A stretch of 64,000 bases of DNA. Origin: Promethearchaeota archaeon. GTDB lineage: Archaea > Asgardarchaeota > Heimdallarchaeia > Hodarchaeales > Hodarchaeaceae. The stretch spans positions 32,001 through 96,000 of the forward strand of contig JBHLMN010000013.1 of the NCBI GenBank assembly GCA_048938105.1, given 5' to 3'. Shown piece after piece: positions 11,168 to 21,241 of this stretch; the first letter of the stretch is position 1, and every line of letters starts with the position of its first letter. The notes under the pieces were generated by a model. The model had not been told where the DNA came from. It made no database searches and worked only from the letters and a program-made list of their open reading frames with translations. The translations under genes and the position numbers were made by a program.

Positions 11168-11653
11168 ATGATTGACAATGTGGATAAAAATATCCTCAAC
11201 TCATTAAAAAAAGATTGTAGAAAATCCTATCGTAATCTTGGAGTGGAATTAGGCTTAGCACCAAGTACAATTAGTGCAAGAGTAAATAAAATGATAGAAA
11301 GAGGCGTTATCAAGGGATTCTCTGTAATTACTAATCATGAGAAGGTAGGTTATGATCTTACTGCAATTGTTGAAGTTGTGGTTTCTCAAGGAAAATTAAT
11401 TGAAATTGAACATGAGATTGCAAAATTTCCCCAAGTGTGTGCAGTATATGATGTAACTGGTACAACAGATATTATTGCTGTTGTGAAGGTTAAGAACCGT
11501 TCTGAACTCAGTTATCTAATAAAAACTCTGTTAGCAATGAAGTATGTCGAACGTACAAACACTCGAGTTGTTCTTACAACGGTCAAAGAAGATTTTATCA
11601 AAAATCCTTCGAATCTAACTGAAAAACCAGAACAGATTGCCCAACAGGGATAA
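11168..11653 (+). CDS. Lrp/AsnC family transcriptional regulator
   Basis: HTH (DCRKSYRNLGVELGLAPSTISARV) plus RAM domain (VYDVTGTTD); ATG at 11168 after GGAGA; divergent from glt cluster. Confidence 0.93.
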   Translation: MIDNVDKNILNSLKKDCRKSYRNLGVELGLAPSTISARVNKMIERGVIKGFSVITNHEKVGYDLTAIVEVVVSQGKLIEIEHEIAKFPQVCAVYDVTGTTDIIAVVKVKNRSELSYLIKTLLAMKYVERTNTRVVLTTVKEDFIKNPSNLTEKPEQIAQQG

Positions 11654-11762
11654 TATCCACATTTAAACCTTGAATATGTCCTTGGGCCTTCATGATAAAA
11701 GTGAATACCTTTTTTTTTCCTATAATTTCATGAAGTTCGAACCTGGTGATAAAACAGATGAA

Positions 11763-13535
11763 TTATTCAACTGTCGCTCTGATTCGTATCAACCCAACAC
11801 CAATACTTTTTTGCTTTTGGATTTTGAAATGTCCTATTTCCTGTGTATTCGTAACATGAGGTCCAGTACAGATTTCTTTTGAAAAAGATCCAACAGAATA
11901 AACAGAGACGTTCCCTTCATATCGATCTTCAAAGAAACCAAGAGCTCCTTTTTTTCTTGCTTCTTGAGGTGTCATTATCTCTTTTTTAACTGGTAGTGCT
12001 TCTCTGATCTTTTGATTCACAATATCTTCAACTTTCTTGAGTTCTTCAGTTGATAAGCTCTTGGGGTTACTAAAATCGAATCGGGTTCGTTCAGGTGTAA
12101 TATTGCTACCCTTTTGTTCAACATGATCGCCTAATACTTCACGAAGAGCTTGTTGAAGGAGGTGTGTTGCTGTATGCAATCGTGTTGTTCTTTCTGAATG
12201 ATCTGCAAGGCCGCTTTGGAAAGTTCCTGCAGTAGCTTTCCGAGAAAGGTTTCTATGATGTTCAAATTCTTTTCTGAAAATTTCTAAATTTATTGTAATG
12301 CCTTGTTCAGTAGCTAATTCTGTGGTTATTTCAAGAGGAAAACCAAACGATGTGAATAGAAGGAAAGCATCTTCTCCTGTAATTGTCCCTTTTTCTTTTA
12401 AGATTTTATTGAATTTACGGAGCCCTCGTCGCAATGTTTTGGAAAATTTATCTTCTTCTTGAGTGATATTTTCAATGATGAAATCTTTATTACGTTCAAG
12501 CTCTGGGTACGTTTCCTTATAAAAACTGATAACGATAAGGGCTAATTCTGGGAGAAATTGCTGCTGTATCTTTAATAAATTACCCTGTCGGATACTCCGA
12601 CGGATAAGTCGTCTTAGAACATAACCTTGACCTAGATTAGAAGGGGGAAGGTGTTTATCATCAGCGAGGATGAATGTTGCTGCTTTGATGTGATCTACAA
12701 TAATACGAATCGCTTTTTGTTGCTCTAGATTTTCTGGTCTCTTAATTCGTGCGAGCTTCATGACCCTATTAACTAGCGGAATATAGGACTCTATCTCGAA
12801 AACACTTTGCATACCATTTAAAACAGCAACTGTGCGTTCAATCCCCATACCTGTATCGACATTGTGTTGTTTGAGTTTTTCATACGTCCCGTCAGCTTTC
12901 TTATTGTAACTCATGAAGACATCGTTCCAAATTTCGAAGAATTTTCCACAATTACAACCAGGACGACAACTTTCTGAACAGAATTTTTTACCTGTATCAT
13001 AGAACATTTCCGTATCAGGGCCACAAGGACCTGTTTCTCCAGCAGGCCCCCACCAATTCTCTGATCTATCAAGGTAATAAATCCTGTCTTCAGGAATGCC
13101 TACTTTTCTCCAATACTTAGCTGATTCTTCATCACGGGGAACCTCTTCGTCTCCTTCAAATACAGTTACGGAAAGCTTTTCAGGATCAAGTCCTAACCAG
13201 CGTGCATCCGTTAAAAATTCCCAGCTCATGGCAATAGCTTCTTTTTTAAAGTAATCTCTGAGCGACCAATTACCTAGCATCTCAAAAAATGTCAAGTGGG
13301 TATCATCTCCCACATCATCGATATCTCCAGTGCGGAGGCATTTTTGACAATTTGCTAGTCGATTTCCAGCAGGATGGGGTTGCCCCATTAAGTATACTTG
13401 TAATGGATGCATCCCTGCTGTGGTAAAAAGAACCGTGGGGTCATCTTCAGGCATAATTGATGCTGAAGGGATTATTGTGTGATTTTTTTCCTTGAAAAAT
13501 TGAAGATAAAGCCTTCTTAGTTCATTCGAGTCCAC
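11763..13535 (-). CDS. alaS: Alanyl-tRNA synthetase, short bacterial-type form lacking C-Ala domain
   Basis: DPTVLFTTAGM, HLTFFEMLGNWS, VDTGMGIER, editing motifs HTATH and CTGPH; ends at 590 aa. Confidence 0.95.
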   Translation of the reverse strand: MDSNELRRLYLQFFKEKNHTIIPSASIMPEDDPTVLFTTAGMHPLQVYLMGQPHPAGNRLANCQKCLRTGDIDDVGDDTHLTFFEMLGNWSLRDYFKKEAIAMSWEFLTDARWLGLDPEKLSVTVFEGDEEVPRDEESAKYWRKVGIPEDRIYYLDRSENWWGPAGETGPCGPDTEMFYDTGKKFCSESCRPGCNCGKFFEIWNDVFMSYNKKADGTYEKLKQHNVDTGMGIERTVAVLNGMQSVFEIESYIPLVNRVMKLARIKRPENLEQQKAIRIIVDHIKAATFILADDKHLPPSNLGQGYVLRRLIRRSIRQGNLLKIQQQFLPELALIVISFYKETYPELERNKDFIIENITQEEDKFSKTLRRGLRKFNKILKEKGTITGEDAFLLFTSFGFPLEITTELATEQGITINLEIFRKEFEHHRNLSRKATAGTFQSGLADHSERTTRLHTATHLLQQALREVLGDHVEQKGSNITPERTRFDFSNPKSLSTEELKKVEDIVNQKIREALPVKKEIMTPQEARKKGALGFFEDRYEGNVSVYSVGSFSKEICTGPHVTNTQEIGHFKIQKQKSIGVGLIRIRATVE

Positions 13536-13547
13536 AGAGGGTTCACA

Positions 13548-13664
13548 TCACAGTTTCACGATCATGAAGACCCGTCGGTCTAGATTTAATAAATTCTCGT
13601 CTCTGAAAGTAGGTGATCTTCGGGAAAATATAGCTAAAGAAATATCATTGAGAAACATCTTCAT
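13548..13664 (-). CDS. Candidate upstream ORF (38 aa) in alaS leader
   Basis: Manually translated MKMFLNDISLAIFSRRSPTFRDENLLNLDRRVFMIVKL*, stops 12 nt before alaS GTG; translation unproven. Confidence 0.25.
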   Translation of the reverse strand: MKMFLNDISLAIFSRRSPTFRDENLLNLDRRVFMIVKL

Positions 13665-13803
13665 TAGTGAATTTATGCACCGTAATCCGTGTTATTTTTG
13701 TCATTCTCAAGATTCAATATTGTAAAGACCAATCTTCTGTAAAATATATGCTTAAACACCTTAGGTTCTCATCTGGAGCACTCTAGGAAAATAAAAAAGT
13801 TTA

Positions 13804-13838
13804 ATAATTGTTAATTAAAACTCATAATTGTTAATTAA
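13804..13838. promoter_or_regulatory. Two direct repeats ATAATTGTTAATTAA at 20-bp period, candidate operator
   Basis: Copies start at 13804 and 13824, upstream of TSUP gene; related to array at 15784. Confidence 0.55.
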
Positions 13839-13902
13839 CTTAACTTAATTCGAATAAATCCTGTATTTCCAGGCTAATTAGAATAATGAAGGAATTTAAA
13901 TC

Positions 13903-14718
13903 ATGGTTCTCTATGTTGAACTAATCAGTCTTGGGATTTTTTTAGTTCTAATAGCATTATTTTGTGAATACATTGATTCAGCTCTAGGTGGTGGCTATGG
14001 GACTATTCTTGTCCCATTACTCCTCATTTTCGGATTTGAAAATGGAATAATAGTCCCCGCAGTATTATTCACTGAAATCTGGTCAGGTTTTTCTTCTGCA
14101 ATTCTTCATCATTTTGTAGGTAATGCAAATTTTGAAGCAAGAGTAGATTTTAAAAACGGTAATCTTAATGAAATTTTCTTTTTCTCTATTGATACTAAAA
14201 TTTCATTGATTCTAGCTGGATGTGGAGTTATAGGAGGTGCTGTAGCAGCCTTAGTCGCCTTGAATATTTCCAGTTTAATAGTTAAAACATATATTGGGAT
14301 TCTAGTAATTATTATGGGGATACTCGTTCTTTTTAAATTAAGATGGAATTTTTCATGGTATCGAATTTGGGGGATCGGTCTTCTTGCTGCATTTAATAAA
14401 GGTCTGAGTGGTGGGGGGTATGGTCCGTTGGTTTCTTCGGGACAAGTTATTGTGAATCGTAACCCCAAGGAAGCTGTTGCTTCAACATCTCTTTCAGAGG
14501 CCGTTGTTTGCATTTCAGCGCTGATAATCTACTTTCTTGCAGGAGGTTCTATTTTAGATGTCCAGATTACACTGTGCCTTTTAATAGGGGCTTTAGTTTC
14601 AGTTCCATTTGCAGTACTAACAGTGAAACATCTACCTATAGAAAAATTGAGTTCAATTATGGGATTTACTACCATTGGGCTGGGTTTTTTAACCCTGTTA
14701 AAGACTTGGTTTCTCTAG
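13903..14718 (+). CDS. TSUP (TauE/SafE) family membrane transporter
   Basis: EYIDSALGGGYGTILVP and NKGLSGGGYGP internal repeats, multiple TM helices. Confidence 0.88.
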   Translation: MVLYVELISLGIFLVLIALFCEYIDSALGGGYGTILVPLLLIFGFENGIIVPAVLFTEIWSGFSSAILHHFVGNANFEARVDFKNGNLNEIFFFSIDTKISLILAGCGVIGGAVAALVALNISSLIVKTYIGILVIIMGILVLFKLRWNFSWYRIWGIGLLAAFNKGLSGGGYGPLVSSGQVIVNRNPKEAVASTSLSEAVVCISALIIYFLAGGSILDVQITLCLLIGALVSVPFAVLTVKHLPIEKLSSIMGFTTIGLGFLTLLKTWFL

Positions 14719-15298
14719 ATACCTTAGAATCAATTAGGGAACTACTAGTGTTAACCATATACCTAGTTTGAAATCTCTTTGGTGGCTGATAATTTTCCTT
14801 ATTGTTATTGATTGGTAATCCAGAAGGTGTGAACGACACAATATATCTGTATTACGTCTCCATCTCTGATGAGATTTCTTTTAAATTGTCAATAATAGAA
14901 AAAAATAACATTAGAAAAGGGAAAATGATGAATATGATTAAAGGTAAAATCTTTGAAAGAGGATATGAGCTTGGAAAAGCAAATGGAGAAGCTATTAGAT
15001 AATCAACATAAATTAAGGGATTATATCTTTTTAAAAAATCTGAGATTCCGCGCACAAGGATGAGATCAGGTATAAATGTAAAACTAAATATCAATATATC
15101 TTTAAGAAGGTAATCTTTACTATAATGACTTCTAATGAGGTTTAATTCGTGAATCAATCATTAATCACATTCATATTTTTATGTATAATTGAGTTTTTGA
15201 CCCTGATTAAAACTTGGGGTTTGTAAGGGTTCTAAAAAACATGATACTATATCATTCAAGATATTCGACGTTTAGTTAGATGTAGCATTCCTTATAGT

Positions 15299-15454
15299 TT
15301 ATACTGAGTTCTGTACAAGAAGAATTTCAAAGAATACATCATTTAATGCATCCTTGGGGAAACATTCGGAAAAACATGTGCAATATCTGCAATTTGGATA
15401 GAAATCCTTACAAATTCTTTCTTTAATTATTTTAGATTTTGCATATTTTTTCAT
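15299..15454 (-). CDS. Cys-rich mini-protein, copy A (51 aa; not in ORF track)
   Basis: Manual translation MKKYAKSKIIKERICKDFYPNCRYCTCFSECFPKDALNDVFFEILLVQNSV*; paralog of 30867 and 31192 ORFs; AGAAGGTG RBS-like motif upstream. Confidence 0.85.
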   Translation of the reverse strand: MKKYAKSKIIKERICKDFYPNCRYCTCFSECFPKDALNDVFFEILLVQNSV

Positions 15455-15584
15455 TTATTTCACACCTTCTTACTTATTTTTTCTTCTTATTTTACAAATA
15501 CTCTTCATAGAACATCTGACTTGTCTTTTGACCTTATCAGGTCAGGTAAAAATATAAAAAACAAGTTAATAAAATGTGAGTACA
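15455..15584 (-). promoter_or_regulatory. Conserved promoter plus structured leader of Cys-peptide copy A
   Basis: TGTACT-N5-TTTATTAA, palindrome TGACCT-GATA-AGGTCA (15529-15544); 69/72 nt identical to 30771-30842. Confidence 0.75.
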
Positions 15585-15783
15585 CAAATGAGATTTTTTT
15601 TTAAGATAATAACAATTTATTGATTCTCATAACATATAATCATAGTTTCATTAGTTATTTTAGGTGTACAATAATATCATACAATTTTTTCCGCTTTAGT
15701 GATATTAATGACACTTCATTATTGTCAAATGTATGAAAATTCGCAATTTCCTTATGCTTCAATGTTTATTATAGAAAATGTTA

Positions 15784-15843
15784 AATAATAATTAATTAAA
15801 AGTAATAATAATTAATTAAAAGTAATAATAGTTAATTAAAGGT
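15784..15843. repeat. Three tandem 20-bp repeats AATAATA(A/G)TTAATTAAA(A/G)GT, candidate operator array
   Basis: Units at 15784, 15804, 15824; ~100 nt upstream of 15942 ORF. Confidence 0.75.
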
Positions 15844-15941
15844 ATTATATATCCTCAACTAATATGAAAAGTTGTAATTGAATCAAGAGAGCATGTGAAA
15901 ACTAGTAAAAACAAAATCAATAATTAGAATAAGAAATAAAA

Positions 15942-16655
15942 ATGCAAAAAATTAAAGAGATCGATTTAATTGGAAATTCTTTGATCAAAAACCATAGGGA
16001 TATTCATAAACTTAACCATAACAAGCAAAACACAGTTTATAGGGTTTTCCTATATTTTTTTGACGAGATTGCAGGACACATTCCATTATTTAAATATCCA
16101 TCAACACCATTAAATGAGAAAGACAGACAAATACTCTCAATTCATAGTATTTGGTGGCACCAAGATAAATTCTTAACACCCTTCAAATTTAATTCAATCG
16201 ATCTTGAACTGGGAGGGATTACATATACCGCCACACTATTTCTTTGTCACACCCATAGAACAAGAAGACGATCTGGAATGGATTCAACTAAGTGGAAACC
16301 TGAAAGATTCGTTCTAATCGTAAAAATTCCTTCATTAGTCTCTTTTAGTACAAAAGAATTATTATTTAAGCTAAAATCAAGAATCCAAGGTGAAATTGGT
16401 GAAGATTTATGCTTTTTAGTAGAAAATTACATAAAAAAAACAGAGAATTCATATGTTGGTGACTTCATTGAAAAGAAATCTAGAGCTATTCTAAAACAAC
16501 TCACATCCTTATGTAAATCATTCAGTCCCAAAAAAAATAAAGTAAAAATCATAGCTAAACCAGAAAGAAAGACAATACAAGATATTCTTATAAATTCAGA
16601 TTCGAGAGAGATTAACGAATTACGATTTTCAATTCCTAAGCATAAGAATAATTAG
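15942..16655 (+). CDS. Hypothetical protein with uDENN/longin-like segment
   Basis: VFLYFFDEIAGHIPLFKYP resembles the first beta-hairpin of uDENN/longin domains; 16 nt from downstream regulator. Confidence 0.5.
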   Translation: MQKIKEIDLIGNSLIKNHRDIHKLNHNKQNTVYRVFLYFFDEIAGHIPLFKYPSTPLNEKDRQILSIHSIWWHQDKFLTPFKFNSIDLELGGITYTATLFLCHTHRTRRRSGMDSTKWKPERFVLIVKIPSLVSFSTKELLFKLKSRIQGEIGEDLCFLVENYIKKTENSYVGDFIEKKSRAILKQLTSLCKSFSPKKNKVKIIAKPERKTIQDILINSDSREINELRFSIPKHKNN

Positions 16656-16671
16656 GAGACTTGGAAACTTA

Positions 16672-17709
16672 ATGACCAAATTACTGAAAGATCCACTTAA
16701 TCTGAAATTGTTGTTACTCCTTTGTGCTGGAGAAGGAGTAAGTATAAATGTCAGTGCTCTCTCTCAACAATTAAATAAACATAGAAATACAGTTAATGAG
16801 AGAATAAAACAGCTTTTGAAATATAGAATTATTGAAAGACCTCTGTATCCTTTAATATGGTTGTTTAAAGAATATCCTCTATTGGTTGTCTCAAAAGATA
16901 AATTTTATCGGGATGAAGCAACCAAAAATTCTATTGAAAGCGACCCACATATCTTCGCTGCATTTTTCTTTCAAGAAGAGGTCTATAATACATTAACAAT
17001 TCAATTCCATGAAGACCTTTTTTCTTATGAAACTTGGTGTGATAAGATTTTACAGGAGGAAAAAATCATCAAAGAAGAGGATCGTCATCCTCCTGATGCA
17101 TTACTTTTCAGTACAAAACGTATTTTAAAGTATGACCCTTCAGCACCTTTTAGAATTATTAATCTAGGTTTTAAAAAAGGAAATATTAAGAAGATTGGTG
17201 ATCTTGAGCTAGATTCCTTATCTTTAAGAATCTTAAGAATGGCTTTAAATGGAAAAGCAATAAGAACAAATGAGAATTTTTTAGCACGAGCCCTAAATGT
17301 TAATAGAAATACTATTATTAGGAGGATTCAAACCTTACTAAAAGAAAATATAATCGGAAATCCTATTTCAAGATTCCCAAGAGTTATAGTCCCTCCCGAT
17401 TTCATGCTTATATTCTCTTTATTTGAAATTAGGAAAAATTGTGCAATTGTTGAGAGATTCATTAGAAACGATCCTCATGTTCCCCTCCTGATTAAAGCTA
17501 ATGTTGGAAGATACAACTATTTTGTCGCAAATACTTTTAGAACCATCGAGGATCACTTAGAATGGCAAGAGAATTATAATCAAAGGTTCCAAAACTGTAT
17601 AGATGGAATCAAGAACACTTACCTTTCTCCTGCAATGACCTTTGCTATTGGGCAAAATTTTGTCTCACTTGAACTCATTAGAAAGAAATTACAATTATTA
17701 CAGGGATAA
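16672..17709 (+). CDS. Transcriptional regulator with two tandem HTH + Lrp/AsnC-like modules
   Basis: HTH1 NVSALSQQLNKHRNTVNERI, HTH2 NENFLARALNVNRNTIIRRI; full-length paralog at 44877. Confidence 0.7.
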   Translation: MTKLLKDPLNLKLLLLLCAGEGVSINVSALSQQLNKHRNTVNERIKQLLKYRIIERPLYPLIWLFKEYPLLVVSKDKFYRDEATKNSIESDPHIFAAFFFQEEVYNTLTIQFHEDLFSYETWCDKILQEEKIIKEEDRHPPDALLFSTKRILKYDPSAPFRIINLGFKKGNIKKIGDLELDSLSLRILRMALNGKAIRTNENFLARALNVNRNTIIRRIQTLLKENIIGNPISRFPRVIVPPDFMLIFSLFEIRKNCAIVERFIRNDPHVPLLIKANVGRYNYFVANTFRTIEDHLEWQENYNQRFQNCIDGIKNTYLSPAMTFAIGQNFVSLELIRKKLQLLQG

Positions 17710-17811
17710 AAATTTTTTATTTTTAATTTGGTTCGGATCTTCCATCTTAAATTAATTCAGCCTTCTTCTAATTCCTTTCTTATAGCTCCTATGCAGATAT
17801 CAGTTTATATA

Positions 17812-18330
17812 TTAGTTTTCCTTTAATAATTTTGCGTTTTGCTCTCCTAATAGTGAAACTAAGAAGTCTATGATTTTATCTATCGCATTCAATACTTCGA
17901 ATGATATTTCAGAGCCAAAGTCAAGGTTTTTTGGTTTGATCCCTAATATTCGTATTAATACTCCTGATTGATTTTTCATGTAATCTACCAAGACTTTCAT
18001 CGGGATGAGATGAGTACTTAACGTTGCCTGTTTGTTTTCGAGATCTGATGGTTTAAAAAAGCCAATAGTACCAGCTGGGATCTCATTATTTCCAAATTGA
18101 ACAGCATCAATTATTAAACAATGAGTAACATTTTCTTTTAAAAGAACAGAAAGAAAATTTTCCAAAGATCCTCCTACATTGTATATTAGAAATTTATTAT
18201 TACGTTCCATTCGTAACTTATGATAAATCATTGGACCTAAACCATCATCTCCTCTCAAATCATTCCCAACACAAAAGATACTTAATTTGCCTTTTTTCGC
18301 AGCCTTGAGAAATGAAAAGAATTCCAGCAT
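17812..18330 (-). CDS. hycI: Hydrogenase maturation endopeptidase (HycI-like)
   Basis: VGNDLRGDDGLGP, LIIDAV, LSTHLIP; ATG at 18330 likely start. Confidence 0.9.
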   Translation of the reverse strand: MLEFFSFLKAAKKGKLSIFCVGNDLRGDDGLGPMIYHKLRMERNNKFLIYNVGGSLENFLSVLLKENVTHCLIIDAVQFGNNEIPAGTIGFFKPSDLENKQATLSTHLIPMKVLVDYMKNQSGVLIRILGIKPKNLDFGSEISFEVLNAIDKIIDFLVSLLGEQNAKLLKEN

Positions 18331-18813
18331 ATCAAACACATTATCTAAAATAACAATGATATTAAAAGACTTATTTTTCAGTGTCAATTGTAATCAATAC
18401 TATTGCTAAGAGTATTTTGCCCACTATAATGTGATTGACTAATTTCTTTAATCTAAGATTTAATATCAAGTTATTTTGCATACCATTAGCTATTGGAGTA
18501 TTTATTATGGAATAACTATCAGCTCTTAAGTAATTACTTATAAAGGGCAATATCTAAGAAAATAATATTACTTATAAGCTCATTAAAGATATACACTTAA
18601 TTTGTATGAATAATAAGATAAAAATAATGATTTAAGGTATTATCACAGAAATGTGTCAAAATTGTATATTTTAAGTCTATAAAAACTACAAAAACACCAT
18701 AATTATTTTTGAAACTGTTCAATATTTTTGTATAATTTATTCCAATTTCAATCGCGTAATATATGTTTTTTATATTTATTTTTGTTATTTTTTGACATAA
18801 ATTCCTTAATTTT

Positions 18814-18868
18814 TGTACACATGATTTATTATTTGCTTTTTCTTATAATTACTCGACCATTATTGGAA
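18814..18868 (+). promoter_or_regulatory. Promoter of malic enzyme with shared TGTACA-TATA-GACC architecture
   Basis: TGTACA 18814, TTTATTAT 18825, GACC 18855 (same offsets as three other promoters). Confidence 0.6.
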
Positions 18869-18896
18869 GTACTTCATAAATAAGAAGGAATAATTA

Positions 18897-20288
18897 ATGG
18901 CAAAAGAAAGTGTTGAAGACCTACTCAAAAAAGCTGATATTCCTAATCAAAAGGCTGAATTATGGCATCCATATTATCGAGGAAAGATCGAAGTTGTTTC
19001 AAAAGTAAAAATCGATAATTTTGACGATTTTGCTGTTTGGTATACACCCGGAGTGGCAAGACCGTGCAAAATCATAGAAAAAGAAATGAAAGTTGCAAAA
19101 GCACAGAATTGGTCTTATAACTCGGTGTATGACTTGACGAATAAGTGGAACAACGTTGCAGTTGTATCTGATGGCAGTAGAGTCCTGGGATTAGGTGATA
19201 TTGGTCCTGAGGCTGCTATGCCCGTGATGGAGGGTAAAGCGTTATTATTTAAATATCTTGGAGGCGTAGATGCGTTTCCAATTTGTTTAAATTGTCATAA
19301 TGCCAATAAAATAATTACAACGGTAAAATGTATTCAGCCTAGCTTTGGTGGAATCAATTTAGAAGATATTTCTCAACCAAAATGCTTCAAAATACTCGAT
19401 GCTCTTCGTAGTGATAAGGATGTTCATATTCCTGTTTGGCATGATGATCAGCAAGGGACAGCAACCATTATTGTAGCAGGCATGTTTAACGCCTTAAATT
19501 ATCTCGATAAGAAATTAAATGAGGTAATTATTTCTATGGTTGGGGCAGGAGCTGCTAATATGGCAGCTGCTAGAGTTATGATAAGTTCTGGAGTCCCTAA
19601 AAAGAATATCATCATGATAGATTCTAAAGGAATTCTACATCCCGAAAGAAAGGATATTGAAGTAGTTAAGAAAAAATATAGTTTAAAATGGGATATTTGT
19701 CTCAATTCTAATGGTGAAGGAAGAGTAGGAGATATGTTTGATGGAATGAAAGACACAGATATGGTAATTGCGGCTAGTAAACCTGGTCCTGGAGTTATAA
19801 AACCAGAACATATTCAAGCAATGGCAGACGATCCAATTGTATTTGCTTGTGCCAACCCAGTTCCTGAGATATGGCCTTGGGAGGCAAAAGAGGCTGGAGC
19901 TGTGATAGTAGCCACTGGTCGATCTGATTTCCCAAACCAAGTGAATAACAGCCTTGGTTTTCCTGGAATCTTTCGAGGAACACTTGATGTGATGGCAATT
20001 ACTATTTCAGATGAAATGTGCATTGCTGCAGCTAAGGAATTGGCAAAAACAGCTCAAGATAAAGGATTAGAACCAAACTACATTATACCCTCAATGGATG
20101 ATTGGGAAGTATTTCCTCGAGAAGCAGTAGCAGTAGGTCAGCAAGCAATCAAAGAAGGTATTGCTAGACTTAAACTAACTCGTCAAGAAGCATATGAACA
20201 CGCTGAAATCCTTATTAGACGAGCAAGAGAGCAAACTCATTCATTGATGGATTTAGGATATATTTTGAAAGCTCCCTCAATTTATTAG
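18897..20288 (+). CDS. NAD(P)-dependent malic enzyme
   Basis: [55 protein letters not shown]. Confidence 0.95.
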   Translation: MAKESVEDLLKKADIPNQKAELWHPYYRGKIEVVSKVKIDNFDDFAVWYTPGVARPCKIIEKEMKVAKAQNWSYNSVYDLTNKWNNVAVVSDGSRVLGLGDIGPEAAMPVMEGKALLFKYLGGVDAFPICLNCHNANKIITTVKCIQPSFGGINLEDISQPKCFKILDALRSDKDVHIPVWHDDQQGTATIIVAGMFNALNYLDKKLNEVIISMVGAGAANMAAARVMISSGVPKKNIIMIDSKGILHPERKDIEVVKKKYSLKWDICLNSNGEGRVGDMFDGMKDTDMVIAASKPGPGVIKPEHIQAMADDPIVFACANPVPEIWPWEAKEAGAVIVATGRSDFPNQVNNSLGFPGIFRGTLDVMAITISDEMCIAAAKELAKTAQDKGLEPNYIIPSMDDWEVFPREAVAVGQQAIKEGIARLKLTRQEAYEHAEILIRRAREQTHSLMDLGYILKAPSIY

Positions 20289-20338
20289 AAGTATTAATAT
20301 CAAATTTCGCTTGAAAAAAAAAGGAAAATGTAAAATTT

Positions 20339-20737
20339 ATGGCAGAAATAAATGCGGAAGAAACACCTAAAGGTTTTCCACTTAAATTAAATGGGTTAAA
20401 AACTTGCTTACCTTCAAATGGAATAGACACCTCCTCACCTCTAGCTGAATCCTTCGAACGTTGTTCTTATTTTGTTATTGCAGATTTAAACCGTCAGGAA
20501 ATCACAAGTTTTGTGAATTATGTTCAAACATTTCCAAGAGGTGAGAGTATTCAAACAGCGCAAATGATAATCGATCAACAAGTCGAAACAGTAATTGTAC
20601 CTGAAATCGATTCCAGCACTTTAAATATCCTTCAAAAAGCAGGAATAAAAATCTTTTTAGGTATTGATGGAACCATTCAAGAAAATATCGATTTATTTAG
20701 TCAGGGACGATTAGTTGAGATAAAAATCTCCAATTGA
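20339..20737 (+). CDS. NifB/NifX-family (dinitrogenase FeMo-cofactor-binding-like) metallocluster protein
   Basis: F.RC.YFVI, AQMII...VETVI, L.KAGIKIF pattern. Confidence 0.75.
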   Translation: MAEINAEETPKGFPLKLNGLKTCLPSNGIDTSSPLAESFERCSYFVIADLNRQEITSFVNYVQTFPRGESIQTAQMIIDQQVETVIVPEIDSSTLNILQKAGIKIFLGIDGTIQENIDLFSQGRLVEIKISN

Positions 20738-20874
20738 ATTTCTCAAACAAATCTAGGAGGTGTTTGAAGGAAAGAAAAGTGAGATAACTTTATATTAATG
20801 TTCCTTAGAATAAAATTTCAAACAAAGAAGCAATTTTTCTTCTACTTTTTCAAGCTATTTATGGTGTTTAATCC

Positions 20875-21222
20875 TTGGAATTCTTAAACGAGGTTCTACC
20901 AGCATTAATAGTTGCAATTATTGCAGTATTATGTTTGTATGGCTTCGCTAAATGGTTAAATATTGGGAGGTTCCAGACAACGAGATTAAAACAACAACTA
21001 TATCAAAGCGGAGAGACCATACTTCCTCGAAAGCGGCGTTACTTGGATCAAACATTTATTTGGATATCATACTTTTCTACAGCTCATGTTATATCATTTA
21101 TGTTTGCTACATTGTTGATTCTTTCTCTAGGTATAAGAATTAACATATTTTATCCTTTTGTGTATTTTGTTATAACTTCATATGCAATTTTCATGTTAGC
21201 AATAAAAACACCAGAGTCATAA
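20875..21222 (+). CDS. Small 3-TM membrane subunit of hydrogenase complex (NuoA-like)
   Basis: TM - loop with YQSGE (cf. NuoA YECG) - two TMs; first gene of operon. Confidence 0.6.
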   Translation: MEFLNEVLPALIVAIIAVLCLYGFAKWLNIGRFQTTRLKQQLYQSGETILPRKRRYLDQTFIWISYFSTAHVISFMFATLLILSLGIRINIFYPFVYFVITSYAIFMLAIKTPES

Positions 21223-21241
21223 ATTAAAGAGGTGTTATTAT

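Noticed and set aside
15299-15454. Cys peptides as cysteine-sensing attenuator leader peptides
   Set aside because: No regulated gene follows on the same strand for copies A or C, and non-Cys residues are conserved as in a folded domain
15784-15843. CRISPR array
   Set aside because: Tandem units without spacers, only 3 copies, no cas genes
20339-20737. Evidence for nitrogen fixation from the NifB/NifX-like gene
   Set aside because: This small domain is widespread next to hydrogenase/Fe-S genes; no nifHDK in the window
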